Counted from the first letter of the whole stretch, positions 28,441 to 42,301 are shown. The stretch: 49,392 bases of DNA, filler included, from Bipalium vagum (GCA_037834085.1; 2 parts of 2 records of this genome joined end to end with filler, not necessarily neighbours in it), one strand, 5' to 3'. Notes: generated by a model from the letters alone, not told the origin. Numbers and translations: made by a program.

Positions 28441-29186
28441 ACGTAATGGAAATTCACCAAGAACCTATTTTTGAAAAAACTCTACTTAACTTAGCTCGTT
28501 TTTTTGTTTTTGGTTACTTAATGATACTAGAAAACTGAAGCAGGATTCATTCTTGTGCCGAAAATTTTTTTCAGATAAGTAATTATATTACTAAAACTTA
28601 TTTTAAAATAATATTGCTAATTTTAATATAAATCTAAACACTTCATTTTTTATATTAATATACTGAAATTTTTTTAGAAAAAAATTTTTTTTGTTTCAGT
28701 CTTCCAGTACCATTAGGTAACCTAAAACAAAAAATAAAAATAGTTAATAAAGTGGATTTGAAAATTTTTGATAATTTGAGAAAGTTTAAAATCAGATAAA
28801 ATTACTAAATTTATTTTACTTTATTTATTTTGAATATTGTTTTAATTTAAGTAGATAGAAAAATAAAAAATTGAATAAGGTTGATGCATCTAACATTTCT
28901 ATGTATTTAATTTCATATTAATATTCTTAATTTCACATTCATCAAAGCTTTTATTCCCTTACATAAGTGTGATTGAAATTATCAACTTGATCCATTGAAT
29001 TTGAGTGTTTCTTAAAGAGTTTAAAAAATAAATTATATTCTCAGTTTTGACTTACACTTTTTCTAATTTTTTATCATTTATGTCATTAACAAACGGAATA
29101 TATGCATATTGCATCATTGTTATTTTCAATTCATCAATAAAATATTTCGACAGCACAACTTAATTCTTAGTTTAAATTTTGTGTAG

Positions 29187-29215
29187 ATTATGATAAGACC
29201 AAGAGGTTGAAATAA
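29187..29215 (+). CDS. Candidate short terminal exon of the Dlg gene
   Basis: ttttgtgtag|AT TAT GAT AAG ACC AAG AGG TTG AAA TAA is phase-compatible with 26342 and gives ...TTDLN-DYDKTKRLK*. It lies across the assembly spacer. Confidence 0.3.
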
Positions 29216-32200
29216 TGAATATCTGAAAATTGTGTTTGTGCTTACTACTACGTTTTTCTGTTTAAATGACATAGAACAGAATGCTTACCATTTTTGCTTC
29301 TATACATTACCTTTTTTATGTTTTCTAACTCAAGATCAGAATAAAACAATTTTAAATATTAAATTTAAGAGCTTTCTCACCAGCATAATATCATAAATTT
29401 TTCAAAAATTCTTAATGAAAAAACAAAATATCCCTTGAAATATTGAAAAAAATCTGAATTACGAAAAAAGGTATAAGATATACTTATTTGTTTTAAGAGT
29501 TTTTATTAAGGTATTATATTCTTATAAATTATTAATAAAATGGAAATCAAACACTCCAATAAATGTGAAAAGAAATTATAATTTTTAGTTTGAATGTTTC
29601 AGTGAATCCTTGTGTAACAACTTTTAATATTATAAATACGTTCTCAACTTTATCTTGTTATAAGTCAAAACATTTTTATCACTGATCATCAGAAAATCTT
29701 TAGAATTAGAAATCTGTTACGAAACAAGATTTTCAGATGCTTAGTGTTGTCTTGACAGACTTTTAAAGTATAGAAATGATTACAAAGGTGACCTGTTAAT
29801 TTTTGAGAGAAGAGAGAGAGAGTTAAATTATTGGTTCTCTTTCATCAATTAGGCAATTCGATTTTCAACATTATTGTCAAAAATAAAATGTCATCATTTC
29901 AATTATATCTGAGACTGTTTATATGATGGAATTTTATCATGAGATGGTGAGGGTGGTGGTGGCGATTTGTGCCGCTCGAAATTATTCCGACAAATAATGA
30001 AATATTTTACTTCGGTGTGTCAGCTAAATAAAGAAAAACGCTCTCAATGTAATGTAATTAAAAATTATGCTTTATCATTTCTAAATGTTAAGCAGCAGAC
30101 AATTTAACTGATTGCTTAGCGTATCAAGCGGGATAGAAATTTATTATTTTCCTTGAAACTGTAGGAATGGTTGTATTTGTTGTTGAGCTATCGATAGTTT
30201 ATCTAGCTAACGTTAGATAATTACTCAACTTAAGTTAGATTTTCGTACCAAATTGACGTTCATATAATGAAAGAACACGTCATTAAGATTAATTCTCTAA
30301 TGCCCAACGAATATTTTTTCAAAAAATCCTTATCCAACACACTGACACATGTGGATTTGTTTTCTTCTTTTCCCCTGGTCACGATGTTTTTATTTGCATC
30401 TATACTTCGAGCTTTAATTTGTCAGTCTTAATGGACTGAAGTAACTCAGAATTTAATAAAAATATTGGGAGAATGTGCTTTCACTCTCTTAATTAGTGAA
30501 TTAAGAATTTCGTATTGAATATTTCTGATGATTCTTTTAATGAATTTTTTCCTCTGAAAATAGCAAATTATTTCGTTACGTTTTGATTAATGGAAATCTT
30601 CCATTATCATTTGGTGGATATTTAATTTCAATAAAATTGATTAAGGAAAAATTAAACAGTTGAGTTTTGAAATATCTGAGGATGTGTCGATATTATTTTG
30701 TTTGTTTTAATGTACCGGTTTTCGTGTTTAATTGTATTGTTTCAAAATTTTTAATTGTCTACGATATCTGTATAGATGATGATCGAAATACGGTATTGAT
30801 TCTTCCTGAAAGAAAATTATAGAATATTATGAGAGAAATATTAATATTAAGTTTATTTGATTTTTTGGATTGGGGAATAGAGAATATTGGTGTAGACATT
30901 GTGCATTAAAGGAGAAATTTTAAAATTTTAATTAGATTTTTGTAGTGAGCACGTTTTTGAATTCAGAGATTAAATTAATGAAATAAAACAATTTTTAAGA
31001 ATTTATTCTAAAAAAAACCAATTCCCTATACCTGTGATAGTCAAAAATTTTTATCAAAGAAGTTATTTTACCACTGTTGAAGGAAAATCCAGAGATCGTA
31101 TGAAAACTGAAGCGTTTGAATCAGAAATGGTCTATAAAATTGTAAAAAGAAAGTTAACTTTATGTCTATTCGTCATTGAATTCACTTTATAATATTGATT
31201 TAGCGTATTAATAATAAAATTATTATGAAATTTTCATTATTTTTCGCTATCAAATAAGTCTTGCTCTTTGCCGTTTAACTACAGAAGTATATTAAGCAAC
31301 TCATAAATTTTATGTTGAGTATTTTTTATAAATATAGATTAAAAGCAAAAATATCATAATAGTGAAAATGAGACATTGAAGATTTATTATTAATAGATAT
31401 CGTTTACTTACCACGTGTTTATCTAATTATTTTATAATTTTTAATAAAAGAAAATCAATAATTTTATAAAAATAAACATCCAATAAGTTAAAAAACCGTA
31501 TCTAAAATATAGGAAGACTGTTGTAATTAATTTTTTATTAATTGATTTTTTAAGTCTTGTGTCTATTTTTATACAATCTAGAAATAAAATCAACATTATA
31601 TTTATATTTTGTTTAAATCGGAATTTTTATTATAGAATGAGCAACAATTAATGTTTATATATAACTGTTAACAACATATAATTTTGGTACTTAGTGTTAA
31701 CAGAAAGAGATAAAGCAATTTAAACATTTAATTAGTATCTTATTTCACTTTATTGTTATTCATTTAGACTTTAAATAAAAATAGATTTCTCTTCAGTAGT
31801 TTTCATTTAAAGGCTGCAGTACAGATAGACCTATTTATATTATAATGAGATTTCTGTTTTTAATATATTGGATATTATAATTTCATGGAGAAAATATAAT
31901 TTACAAATTCGGTTTGCATTTTAATTACATTGTCAAAATTAAGTTTTGTATTAATAATATTTTTTCATTTCACAATATTTATTTTTTTTATTGAAATATT
32001 ATTTTATTAACATACCTTTTATTTTTAAAAATGTGCTATGTTTTAATAATTCTGGCAATTTTAACGTAATCAATACAAATGAAATATTATATTAATTATT
32101 AACGGAACCATCGGCAGTAGACATGTAAATTATTTTAGAAACAAATAACATTTTTCACAGAAATTACTGGTTCCGTTTGTATGGAAGTCAAAGTGAGATC

Positions 32201-33133
32201 CAATGAGAAAGGACAGGACGTGTGATACATATAGTAATTTGTTGTGGCTGTATGCGCGCGTGTGTGAACAAGTGATGTTTAGATACATATGAAATTTAGT
32301 GTTCGACTTTGAGATTGTTTAGCAGATTAAACTAGAATAATATGACGTCTAAGACAATTTTGTCCATTTTGCTTAATTGGTTGAAATTTGAGGTAGAAAA
32401 TTCAGACTTGTTAGGGAGAGATTGCACATATCTGTATTAATTGTACAAATGGCATGGTTGTAAAGAGGAGAAAGGGTATAGTTATTACTGACTTGTAATT
32501 CTGCTGTATATTCTATTGATTGCATTCCTTTATTATTTAAATGACTGATAAGACTGAATTATTGGATGATGTTTTTGTCGATACATATAACTGCTCAAAT
32601 AATACTAGTTGATCAGGATATGTAATGTTTTCTATGACTTTTGATCTTGGACGAAATTTTTGTTTGAAATTGTAATTATTCAATCAGTGTTTTGAATTTG
32701 ATATGAAAAACACTCAATATTTATTTTAAAAAACAGAAAAGATAAATAAATTATGATTTCGTGCTTTTTGTTAGAAATATTTTTTACTAAAGATTTTTGA
32801 AAGTTTATTACTGATATAATTTTAGAAAAGTTGTTTGGTAATTTTTTCTAATTGTATTTATAATTAATAAAAACGAGCACGAAGGTTCTAATTTGAGGAA
32901 ATGTGAAAATTAAATTTTCTGAGATCAATAATCTTCAATTTTGAAGCAGACTTGACTTTTAATATATATAATATGAAAACTTTAAATGAAAAGTTCTTAT
33001 TTTATAATGATGGTAAATTTAGAATTATTATTCATTTTGTTTCCTTAACAGTTTTTATATTTTTTCAATTCTCAATGGTATACATTTCTTTTCACCCTTC
33101 GATCTCCTTCAATGATTTTATAATGATTACCAG

Positions 33134-33647
33134 GTTAACAATACTTTCGTCAACGCGCAGCTGAATGTCCAACAGATGAACTATCAACATTTAGCAGCTC
33201 CCAATGTCAATGCACAAATGCAAATTCAGCAACAACATCAAATCAGTCAACCTGCTAATTCTATGAGCATGGAAACTTCCAAGCATCAAAATGATCTGTC
33301 CTGCAGCAGTATTTCTTCATCTTCAACTTTAAATAATCAGACAAATGACATTTTAAACAATCCAAACAACATAAATCCTCCACCAGCCAGTAGTTGTGGC
33401 TTTGCTAATAGCAGTGTTGTACAAATACAATCTAAGACACCTCATACTATCCAGTATTTACCAGCCGAGCCTGTTCCTGCCACAGTTCCTGTATTGGATA
33501 GGGCTGGTATAAATATCCACAATCAGGCTGAAATTCCGTTCCCGGCGGGAAAATATGCCAACATTGCTGTACCTGCACTTGAATTGGATGAGCTACTTTC
33601 TCAAAAACAGATGATGTTCCATCCACAAAATCATGAAATATCGACAG
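33134..33647 (+). CDS. Q/S/N-rich protein with BCL9/Legless-like C-terminal motifs, main exon
   Basis: ttaccag|GTT AAC AAT...ACA G|gtgaat. Contains VNNTFVNAQLNVQQMNYQH and VVQIQSKTPHTIQYLPA, which I recall from invertebrate BCL9/Legless C-termini (NNTYVNATMSIQQLNIQ; VQVKxxAPNTIQYLP). Likely start is ATG at 33075-33077 followed by a 56-nt intron. The exon is well supported; the family assignment is less certain. Confidence 0.75.
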
Positions 33648-34399
33648 GTGAATATTGCATAATATTTAAAATATAATAAAGATTTTTTATTACTTTAAAA
33701 TATATAAAAAGTCAATAAAAAACAAGACCTTCAATAATGGCGCTCGATTTTTGACATTTCATTGTTGCAATAATGGAAATATTTCAGTGTTTTCAATATT
33801 TATTGTCATTTAATGGCAACATTTTATCATAAATTAATATACGAGTACCGATTACAAATCATTAAAATTCATTACCAGAAGATAAATATGTAGAGTAAAT
33901 AATTAATTAAATATTCCTTAACGTCTTGGGGCTTCTGTGGCCGAAATATATTTTTCATATATGAAATATAATTTCTTGATTTTTTAAAATAATTGAGACT
34001 AGAGCTATTTTTTATAAACAATTTTCAGTAAAGCTGAGATGTGCGTGTTGTGAAGGTGTTCGTTAGAATTTCAATATATATAAATCAATTTTTTATCTCA
34101 GAACTTTTGCATAAAGTACTTTGGTTCAAGAGTAAAATTAAAATATTCATTTTACTGATTTTTTAGAAATTTTAGAAACTTTTGTAAAAAAATATTTTTT
34201 TAGTTACAAAACTATTTTCCTTTTTAATGGTTTTGTTGTAAAGAAAATAATAGAATTTAGAGTTTAAATATTTCAAACAAAATTCACAAGGATTACCAAC
34301 AACAAAAAATGGACTTGTTTGTGCTGTTTATTGTTTGATAACATTGATCCATCTTGATCAAAAAATCATTCATAAATTACGGTTTAAATGAACAAAATT

Positions 34400-34570
34400 T
34401 CCAAATGTTGATGATCTTAATGCAGATGACATTTCGCTTCAACAATGTACTAAATGTATACGGTTAATGAAACAATGACCTATTCATGAAAAGCGACGTG
34501 GTAATTAATCTCCAGGAAACTGATTGGTCAATAGGTCATGAGTATCATGCGAATTAGACTTAGATATTTT
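34400..34570 (+). mobile_element. Degraded DD41D-type transposase remnant
   Basis: DDLNADDISLQQ, TVNETM and ISRK..DW resemble DDMWFQQDGATCHTANET...ISR..DVNWPP. Confidence 0.35.
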
Positions 34571-37500
34571 AATAGTTTACGTTAAATCATGATTAAAACC
34601 ACAAACATTAAAAATGCTATCACTAAAATAGAACATAAAGAATTTGACTTATTGAAAACAGGGGTCTTACAGAATCAGAGTAAAAAGATGATTTTAAATC
34701 AATCTATCAAATAAATGTGGTACAATGAAAAAATTTTTATAAATTTGTCTTAATTCATTTTTCAATTCTAAGGCTCTATTCTGAAACTAAAATATCATTA
34801 TTATCAAGTTAAATAATTATTTATTGACAATTAATTATTTCACTAAATTGATTTAAAGTAATTTTGCACAATTTATATTACAACATCCGACTTTTTAATA
34901 ATCTAGGAATTATTATTCATGGAGTTTTTTTAACTCTTCGTTCGATTACCAACCAAACCTTTTAAAACACGCGACCATAACTTTTATTGATTTTACTCTT
35001 TAGCAAGGTAAATCAAATCTTAGAATCCTTTTCTTTACTTGAAACCTTATCGAAACTCACCAGGTTTTTACTATTTTATTTCTAAGAATTTGATTATCTG
35101 GTTTTCTGTCTGAAACTGTTGCTGTTTTACACCACAATCATCATGCTTGAAAAACGGAAACATTTCCCTGCTTATCACTAGGCAATTTATAAATATAATT
35201 TTACTTCGATAATTTATATTCATTGATTTCAAACATAATGAAGTGCTCTTTATGTTTCATTGAAAATTTTGATAAATTTTTTAGATAAAAGTTTTTTAAT
35301 TAATATTTTAATGAATATTAAGCTATTTAAGACAAGTCATTCTTCAAAGATACTCGAGCAACTGTTGGGAGCGAAAGTGATTCATAAACTGACTAAATGT
35401 AAAGATAAAATATATACAACTCTTTGAGGAATCAATTAAACTTCTTCACTGATTATTAATATTCTTTTTCGGAATGATGTGGGAAAAGGGTCGATTATTC
35501 ATGTCTTACAGTCTTTGTCATCTCATAATGAATAGAGTATTGTTTAATCCATAAAAACCAATAACATAGCGCCTTTGAACGTCAACAATTTTAACCATAA
35601 TGTATATCTATGTTTTGAAAGTAAATTTTTAAGTACATTTCAAAAGAATTTTTATTTTATTTTCCAAAATTATATATTAGAATATAAGTTTTCGTTCAAA
35701 AATCGGAAGTATGAGATTATCTTTTAAAGATTTTTACTTAGAGTCATTAATATATATTTCAAGGTATTAAAAGAATATTCCATTTTAAAAAAAAGAGAAT
35801 TAATTTTTTCATATATGCAAAAGTTGCTTTTAAGTAAAAAAATGATTTTTATAATTAATAAAATCAAAATGAATAATAATAATAATAATAATAATAGTAA
35901 ATGAACGTCTTAAGCAAAATGGAATCAAATGTATTATAATTTAATGGAAAAATAAAACAATAAAATGATTTTATATCTCTCCCATATACAAGAAAGGAAT
36001 ATAAATATTTTTGAAACTTTGTGATTTAATATGAAAATAAAATAATAATTTTAGAATTATAATATTGTAAATATAAAATATGTTAAGGTAGAAGAATACT
36101 TTTCATGAAATTAATAGGTCTAAAAATCAATAAATTCTTTAAATTCATGAATTTTTTAGTTTTAAAAAAATGCTTTTTTCAAAATGAAAATTATAATTTA
36201 TCTCAAAAAACAACAGTACAAAAGTGAAAAGTCATTTGGGTTATCAGAAACTAAACCATTTATTTTAAAGTGAAAAAATAAGTTCATCTAGAAAATTACT
36301 CTTTAAAATAGAGAGATAATTATCATTCAGAAAATGTTTTCAATGTTGTTTATATTTATATATATTATAATAAATTAAGCAAGTATATTAATAATTGAAA
36401 GTATTATTAAAATAGAATAAGTAAACATTTTTAAAGATGTTACTTTTGCTTAAGATAAAAATTGTATGTTACAGCTTAAAGAATTAAAACAAATTTTAAC
36501 CTGTATAAATAATTTTATTCTCTATTATTTATTGTTGAAATTACAATGTTTGGATTTTTTAATGAAATCACATTATAACTTGTAATGACCTTTCTGTTGA
36601 AATGGACTTTTTTTATAACGGTAAAATAATTTTGTGTGGTGAATATCTAATTTAATTTATCAGAAATGCAAATAAAAATAGAATATTATTTTGTTACTAA
36701 TTAATAAAATATCGATAATTTTAATAAGATAAAAATATTTGAAATGTGCTTGACTGTTGAAAATAATAGAGTGTAGATACATAGCTATTAATTTCCTTAT
36801 GACTTCCTGTCAAATAACTTCTTTTTTATGTGTAATGGTAAAGATTTATAAAAATATCATTGTTGAAAATTAGATTTCATTTTCATTTTGGAAAAGATGC
36901 ATAATTTCAATGATAATTCTACTACTTTTCCAGAACTAGTAAAAATATGATTTTCTTTAAAATAAAAATTCAATAAATTATGAACAGGATATAAATATTT
37001 TTCGACGAAACATATTTAATAAATGAGACTGATTTTATTATGAATTTTTTATTCTAATTTTGGATTCATTAAAATTGTTCTAAATCCATTAGATAATATT
37101 TGTGTTTAATTTTCTGATACCGATTTGAAAAAGAATATTTGGTATTCTGAATGAAAAGTAATTGGTATGATAATAAAAGTTCGAAACTTTATTTTATTAA
37201 AGAAAATTTATCGGAGAACATAGAATTATTTTATGTATAGAACTTTTTCATTTTTTTTTATTATTTACTACTGTTTTTGACGAAACAAAGAAGGACCTGA
37301 ACAAGTTATTCTAGCTTACCACGATAGAAAAATCCAAATCCAAAGGTTTGTTTAAAACTTTTTAAAATATTAATTCTAAGTTTCGAGATCGATAGATTAT
37401 GCTTAACATTCACAGAAACTAATATAAAAGTAATAACAGATAAAAATAAAAGGAGATAAAGGATAAAAATTAAAGAATTGATATAAAAAAATTAAGATAG

Positions 37501-37773
37501 TATTTTACATTGGGCTAATAATTTTTAACTTCATTTTAGAATTAAATTAATTTTATAGAAATCTCCAAAAATTTCTCCTTGGTCAGGGACGTTAAATTTC
37601 TATGAAAATGAGTCAGAAACGACGAATGATTCACTAACAGTTTTAGATTAATAAAATACCTCCATACTCTACTCCATTTGTAATCGTAATTGATAAATCT
37701 TGAAAAATAATTCGCTGAGTTATTTACTTTCAATTTTTAAGTAGCTTACCAAATTAAAAAATATTTTTCCAAG

Positions 37774-38276
37774 GAATGATGGGCAATTCCCATTCCAATG
37801 CAATGATGATGATAAGTCCGCAAGTTGAATCTCAGCAGTTTCGTTTTCAGCATCAGCAACAAATAAGGATAAGAGCAGGTGTACCGAATGGACAAGGTCT
37901 GCCGCCTGGAACAATAATAATGCGTCAAAGTCAATCGCAACAACAGCAACAACAGCAGCAGCAACAACAACAGCAATTGGTATTGCAACAATCATTCCTC
38001 GGACCCAATGGTAGTGGAATTGTTGATCAACAAATAAAACAACAGCAAATCCAGCGACTAATGATGGTCAACAATAATCAGATATGCCAACAACAACAAC
38101 AGCAGCAGCAAAGATTCATGTCTGGTCAGCTGCCGCCTCAGTCGTCTCACTCTCACTATATTTCCCTGGAATCCGCTGCCAACCAAGATCCACAACAACT
38201 GTATCACCAGAAACAGTTTATTGCCATTCAACAACAGCAGCACCAAATCAGGCAACAATCACAAGCTCACCATTGA
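37774..38276 (+). CDS. Terminal poly-Q exon of the BCL9-motif gene
   Basis: tttttccaag|GA ATG ATG is phase-1 compatible with the donor at 33647. Mixed CAA/CAG poly-Q tracts; TGA ends at 38276. Confidence 0.82.
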
Positions 38277-40984
38277 GTATTGACAAATTACTGTGAAAAG
38301 TAATGAAAATTCGAGCACGAAACGAAGCTGAACGATATTTTTTATGTTATTATTAATTTTATACAAATATGTTGTTAGTCATTCACCAGTCATGTTCTCA
38401 TGGACGGAACGAGAACTTCGTTGCACTTAAACGCGACACGCTTGAGAGAAAGAGAGCTAAACTTTTGACTTGTACTTAATTCTAATTGTTATTATCATCT
38501 TTATTTTTATTGATTATTACTATATTATTATTATTGATTATTTTTAATATTGATTATCATTATTAACGATTTTATTATCATCATCATCATAATTATGTTT
38601 ATTTTTATTTTTATATCGGTTGTAACAATTTGTGATGATTTGGTTATATTAAGCTTTATTTTCACGAATCAATATTTAATTACCATCATGATTATCGATA
38701 AATGTTTCGATTGTAAAAAAGTTTTGTAAAATTATTCGGTAGATTTTTCCCAATCATTTGTTTAAATTCCATTTAAAGGATGTTATTTATTTGAATATAC
38801 CTAGTTGACTATCAATTATTATATGTATGCTATTTCGTAACAATGGCCTATGCATGCTTTTTTTAATAAAGGTAACCATCTCTTGTTTTGATTGTTTTAT
38901 TATATTATTATTACAATAAATTTTTCACAAGCATGACTTCCAAATTTTAAGGTTTAAAGATTCAATGAAATTGAGAAAAGTAAAAGTAAATTCTTATTAC
39001 AAATAATTTCTTTTAATAAATCTTCTTCCCATAATTTCGGTAATTTATGATATTCTTGATAAAACTTTGATTTGATTTTGAGACGAGCCAATTTTTGATA
39101 TCTTTAGAATTCTTGAAGTTCTGCTTTCACATGTAGTGTATGACGAGAAAAAGTAATTTTGGTGAATAGAATGTGATGACCACATCATTAACAGGTTATG
39201 AACCTTTAAACCAGATATTATAATGAAGCAATATCACTTCCAGGTTTCTGGTATCTGTTATTTCCATGAATCTCTAATTGTACGAATATTATTAAATTTA
39301 AATGATTCAAATTATTGTAAATATTGATTCATGTAATTTTTGAAATACTAATGATAATCTTTTATATCAATTTCATTGATAGGAATTTTCACTTTCATTA
39401 GTTAGTTGGACTATTAAAAAATATTGAAAATATCAAAAAATATATTTGTGAATTTAAGTTAAACGTAAAGGTAATTTATGAAAGTTATCAACAATTGTCA
39501 AAAATATTCAGTAATATTTTTCTCTTAAAAATTGCTAAGGTTCAACCATTGTCTTATATAATTACTTTTCCTCAATTATACAGCATACCAAAATTTTAAA
39601 AATAATTATTAGTTCTTAATCAGTAAATTGATCTGACAAATCTAAAAGAATGTTAACCAATTTTATTTTAGTGCTCTGACTCGATTTTTTTTGATTTGTT
39701 CGCTAAGCAAGTAGAAACAAAAAAAGAAACAAACTTTAAGTAAATTTATTCAATAACCACTGAAGGAAACAAAAGTAACAAATCAAATTATCACTGAATG
39801 GTTAACCACTTTTGATCCGGCCAATTCTTCTTGGAGCTTAATGTCTAAGAAAACTTGATAATTTACTTGATTAGAATCAAATTCATTAGGAGAATTAAAA
39901 GTAAATATGAAGAGAATTTTGTAAAGTCACATTTTCCATGCCTTGAATTCCGGGAATTAATAACTATAAATTGAATGTACTGCTAAAAAATCCACCAATT
40001 GGATTCGCAGAAATATTTCATGTCTTTTACATTACCTATAAGACAGTACCATCGTTTTATTTCGTTATATCTATTGTCTTTCGGTTGCATGTTCTTTCTC
40101 TCTCTAGTTGATTTTTCGCTTACCAGTTCGTTCATATACATGGTATTAAATCCAGAATTTTTAAAATCTTAATTAAAAGAAAGAAAAAGACAAAACTAAT
40201 ACAGAGCAACTTCTATTTTAGACCAATTTCTGAAATGGACCACTTCTATAATCAGTCCAATAATTTGTACTTATCATATTTCTCGATATTTTCATATAAA
40301 AAATTAAATTCTTGGTCCAAAAATTTCAATAATTTGTTTAAAAATTTGTTTTAAAGCAAGGCTGTGTTTTGTTGTTTGAAAACCGTGCCTAGTACTCCAA
40401 TATAGGTGTTAGCATCCACTCTCAACTTAGCCAGGAAATCTTCCTTTCGTTTGCAGTCTGATCGTTGATTGTGGCATTTTCTTTTGACATTGAATGTTTC
40501 CTTGTCCTTAGTTTCAATATACTTCTTTAGCAAGTTATAAATTTAGTTATTGTAGCTAAACAATTAAATTATTTATTTTGGCTTTCTTCTGGCCCGAGGT
40601 GATTCAAACACTACAACTCTTCGGACATATTTAGAAGCCATAACTAACATTAAATAATTCAAATTTGAGTAATCTATTTTTATTGTCATATTACCGAACG
40701 TAAGCAAAAGTAATTATATTGATTACACAAATAATCTTCTTTTAATACAACTTTGAAAATTTTCCGTATTTATGTCAACAACCTGTATATAATTTAAACT
40801 CAACACGTTTTTACAAAAGTGTAACTTTAAGCTCTCAACCTTTTTTACTCTTTAATTTGTGCTTATTAAGATGCTCTTTGAATCAAAAATTACAATAGCC
40901 TTTAATGGATGAAGTAAAAGAATCACAATAATTTGAAAATTTAAATCAAAATAATTAAATTAATCACAATAAATAATTAGAATT

Positions 40985-41535
40985 CAGTCAACCTCGATCG
41001 ACCGCCACCTTGACGATCACCTAAAATTTAATGTTAACACTTTGTTTCTAGATTTATTATACTATATGTCTATCTCGATCAAGCGTCACTTTACTTTCTC
41101 GACTGCCTAAACAAAATTGCTTAAAATTTAAAGCTAAATAAAACTTCTCTAAGTTTGTCAAATTTTTTTACTTTTGTTTGAGATTAGAAATTTTTTAAAA
41201 ATATTTAAAATCATTAGATTTTGTAAATATAAAATTATTCTTTAATGTTATTATTAATAATTGCTTTTAGAATTAGCAAATGTATTCTAAAAAGACAAAA
41301 ATATTTCTTTTATTTGTACAAAAAAGGAAATTGTAAAATACGCATCGAGTATCAAAATCTCAAAACTCAAGCTAGCTACTTTATTTTAAGAAAATTTTAA
41401 TGTTGAGATATCAAGAAGAACAATCGGTGATCTTTTGTGTCAAAAAGACAAATGGCTTGAAATAGATGGAAAAGACAGTAGGTAAAGTAAGAAAACGCCT
41501 AAATATCCTTCATTTGATGTGTCCTTGTACGTTTC
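40985..41535 (+). mobile_element. 5' fragment of a pogo/Tigger transposon (CENP-B/psq HTH), truncated next to the LTR element
   Basis: CAGTCAACCTCGATC terminus with an internal repeat (tctcgatcaagcg). Translation KKEIVKYASSIKISKLKLATLF*ENFNVEISRRTIGDLLCQKDKWLE...PKYPSFDVSLY. Confidence 0.72.
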
Positions 41536-41567
41536 ACCAGTTTTTAATGCTTGGATTGGGTTAGTAT

Positions 41568-41829
41568 TGTTAAAATCCTAAAGGTTATAGAAGATGCAGC
41601 TTAAAATAATGTTTATTAGGTCTTAACAGCGAAGGTTGCTTTATACTATTGTTGTGAAAACGTTTAAAATAATAAGGTTTAAATCGAATAAAAATGACTA
41701 AATCGAATTCAAGTTTTTAAAAATTATATTTTATATCAAAAAGGGATTTTACAAATGCGAGGAATCGTCCTTGATGGATTTTAATGTGATTTATTATTTT
41801 AGGATTAGTTTTTAGATTGGGGTTAAACA
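41568..41829 (-). repeat. Putative 3' LTR (~262 bp)
   Basis: Minus strand starts TGTTTAA directly after a polypurine tract and ends TTTAACA. Contains TATAAA and AATAAA. No second copy in the window, so the distal boundary is inferred. Confidence 0.65.
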
Positions 41830-41843
41830 GCCCTCTCACTCTT
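41830..41843 (-). promoter_or_regulatory. Polypurine tract
   Basis: AAGAGTGAGAGGGC immediately before TG on the minus strand. Confidence 0.7.
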
Positions 41844-42098
41844 AGGCTCAGAGGTTCTCGAATAGGAAAAACAATTTAACTCACCTTCCTACTTAGCGTA
41901 CAAAATCAAAAACGGAAAAAGAGATGGGGAAATAAAAATTTAAATGATCCCCAGATCCTGGCCTGAGTATTTATTTAGTTATTTTATTAAAATCAAATCT
42001 TGCTTTGTCTGCAAAACAAGTCTGATCAAAAATCGGATTTAAATTAAATAGTGAGTCAAGTCGATAAAAATGATTTAAAATTGGAACCAGATAATTAC

Positions 42099-42301
42099 AT
42101 TAAAAACTTTGTCTTAATTATAAGACAAGTAATAACAACTTTATTAACTAATCGAGTCGAAACTTGTTACTTTAAAATTGAAACCTTAAATTGGTTATTG
42201 TCTTCACAAGTTAAATTAAAAACTTTTTCTTATTTTATCAGACAAGTAATGACAACTATATTTGACAATCTATTAAAAAATTGTTATTTTATAATTGATA
42301 C
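42099..42301. repeat. Degenerate direct repeat, two ~86-bp copies with a 116-bp period, in the element 3' UTR
   Basis: attaaaaactttgtcttaattataagacaagtaataacaact at 42099 vs attaaaaactttttcttattttatcagacaagtaatgacaact at 42215. Confidence 0.8.

Noticed and set aside
29186-29203. DYDKTK, identical to the PSD-95 SH3 motif ALFDYDKTK
   Set aside because: No ALF upstream and a stop four codons later, so it is not an SH3 exon. Kept only as a possible terminal exon.
32190-32270. CCAAT box and GCGCGCGTGTGT island as promoter of the Q-rich gene
   Set aside because: Plausible but not supportable without TSS data.
37720-38296. Overlapping poly-L, poly-V/A and poly-T ORFs
   Set aside because: Antisense and alternative-frame shadows of the CAA/CAG poly-Q exon.
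40351-40533. 60-aa minus-strand ORF near the pogo fragment
   Set aside because: Cannot be assigned; probably TE debris.
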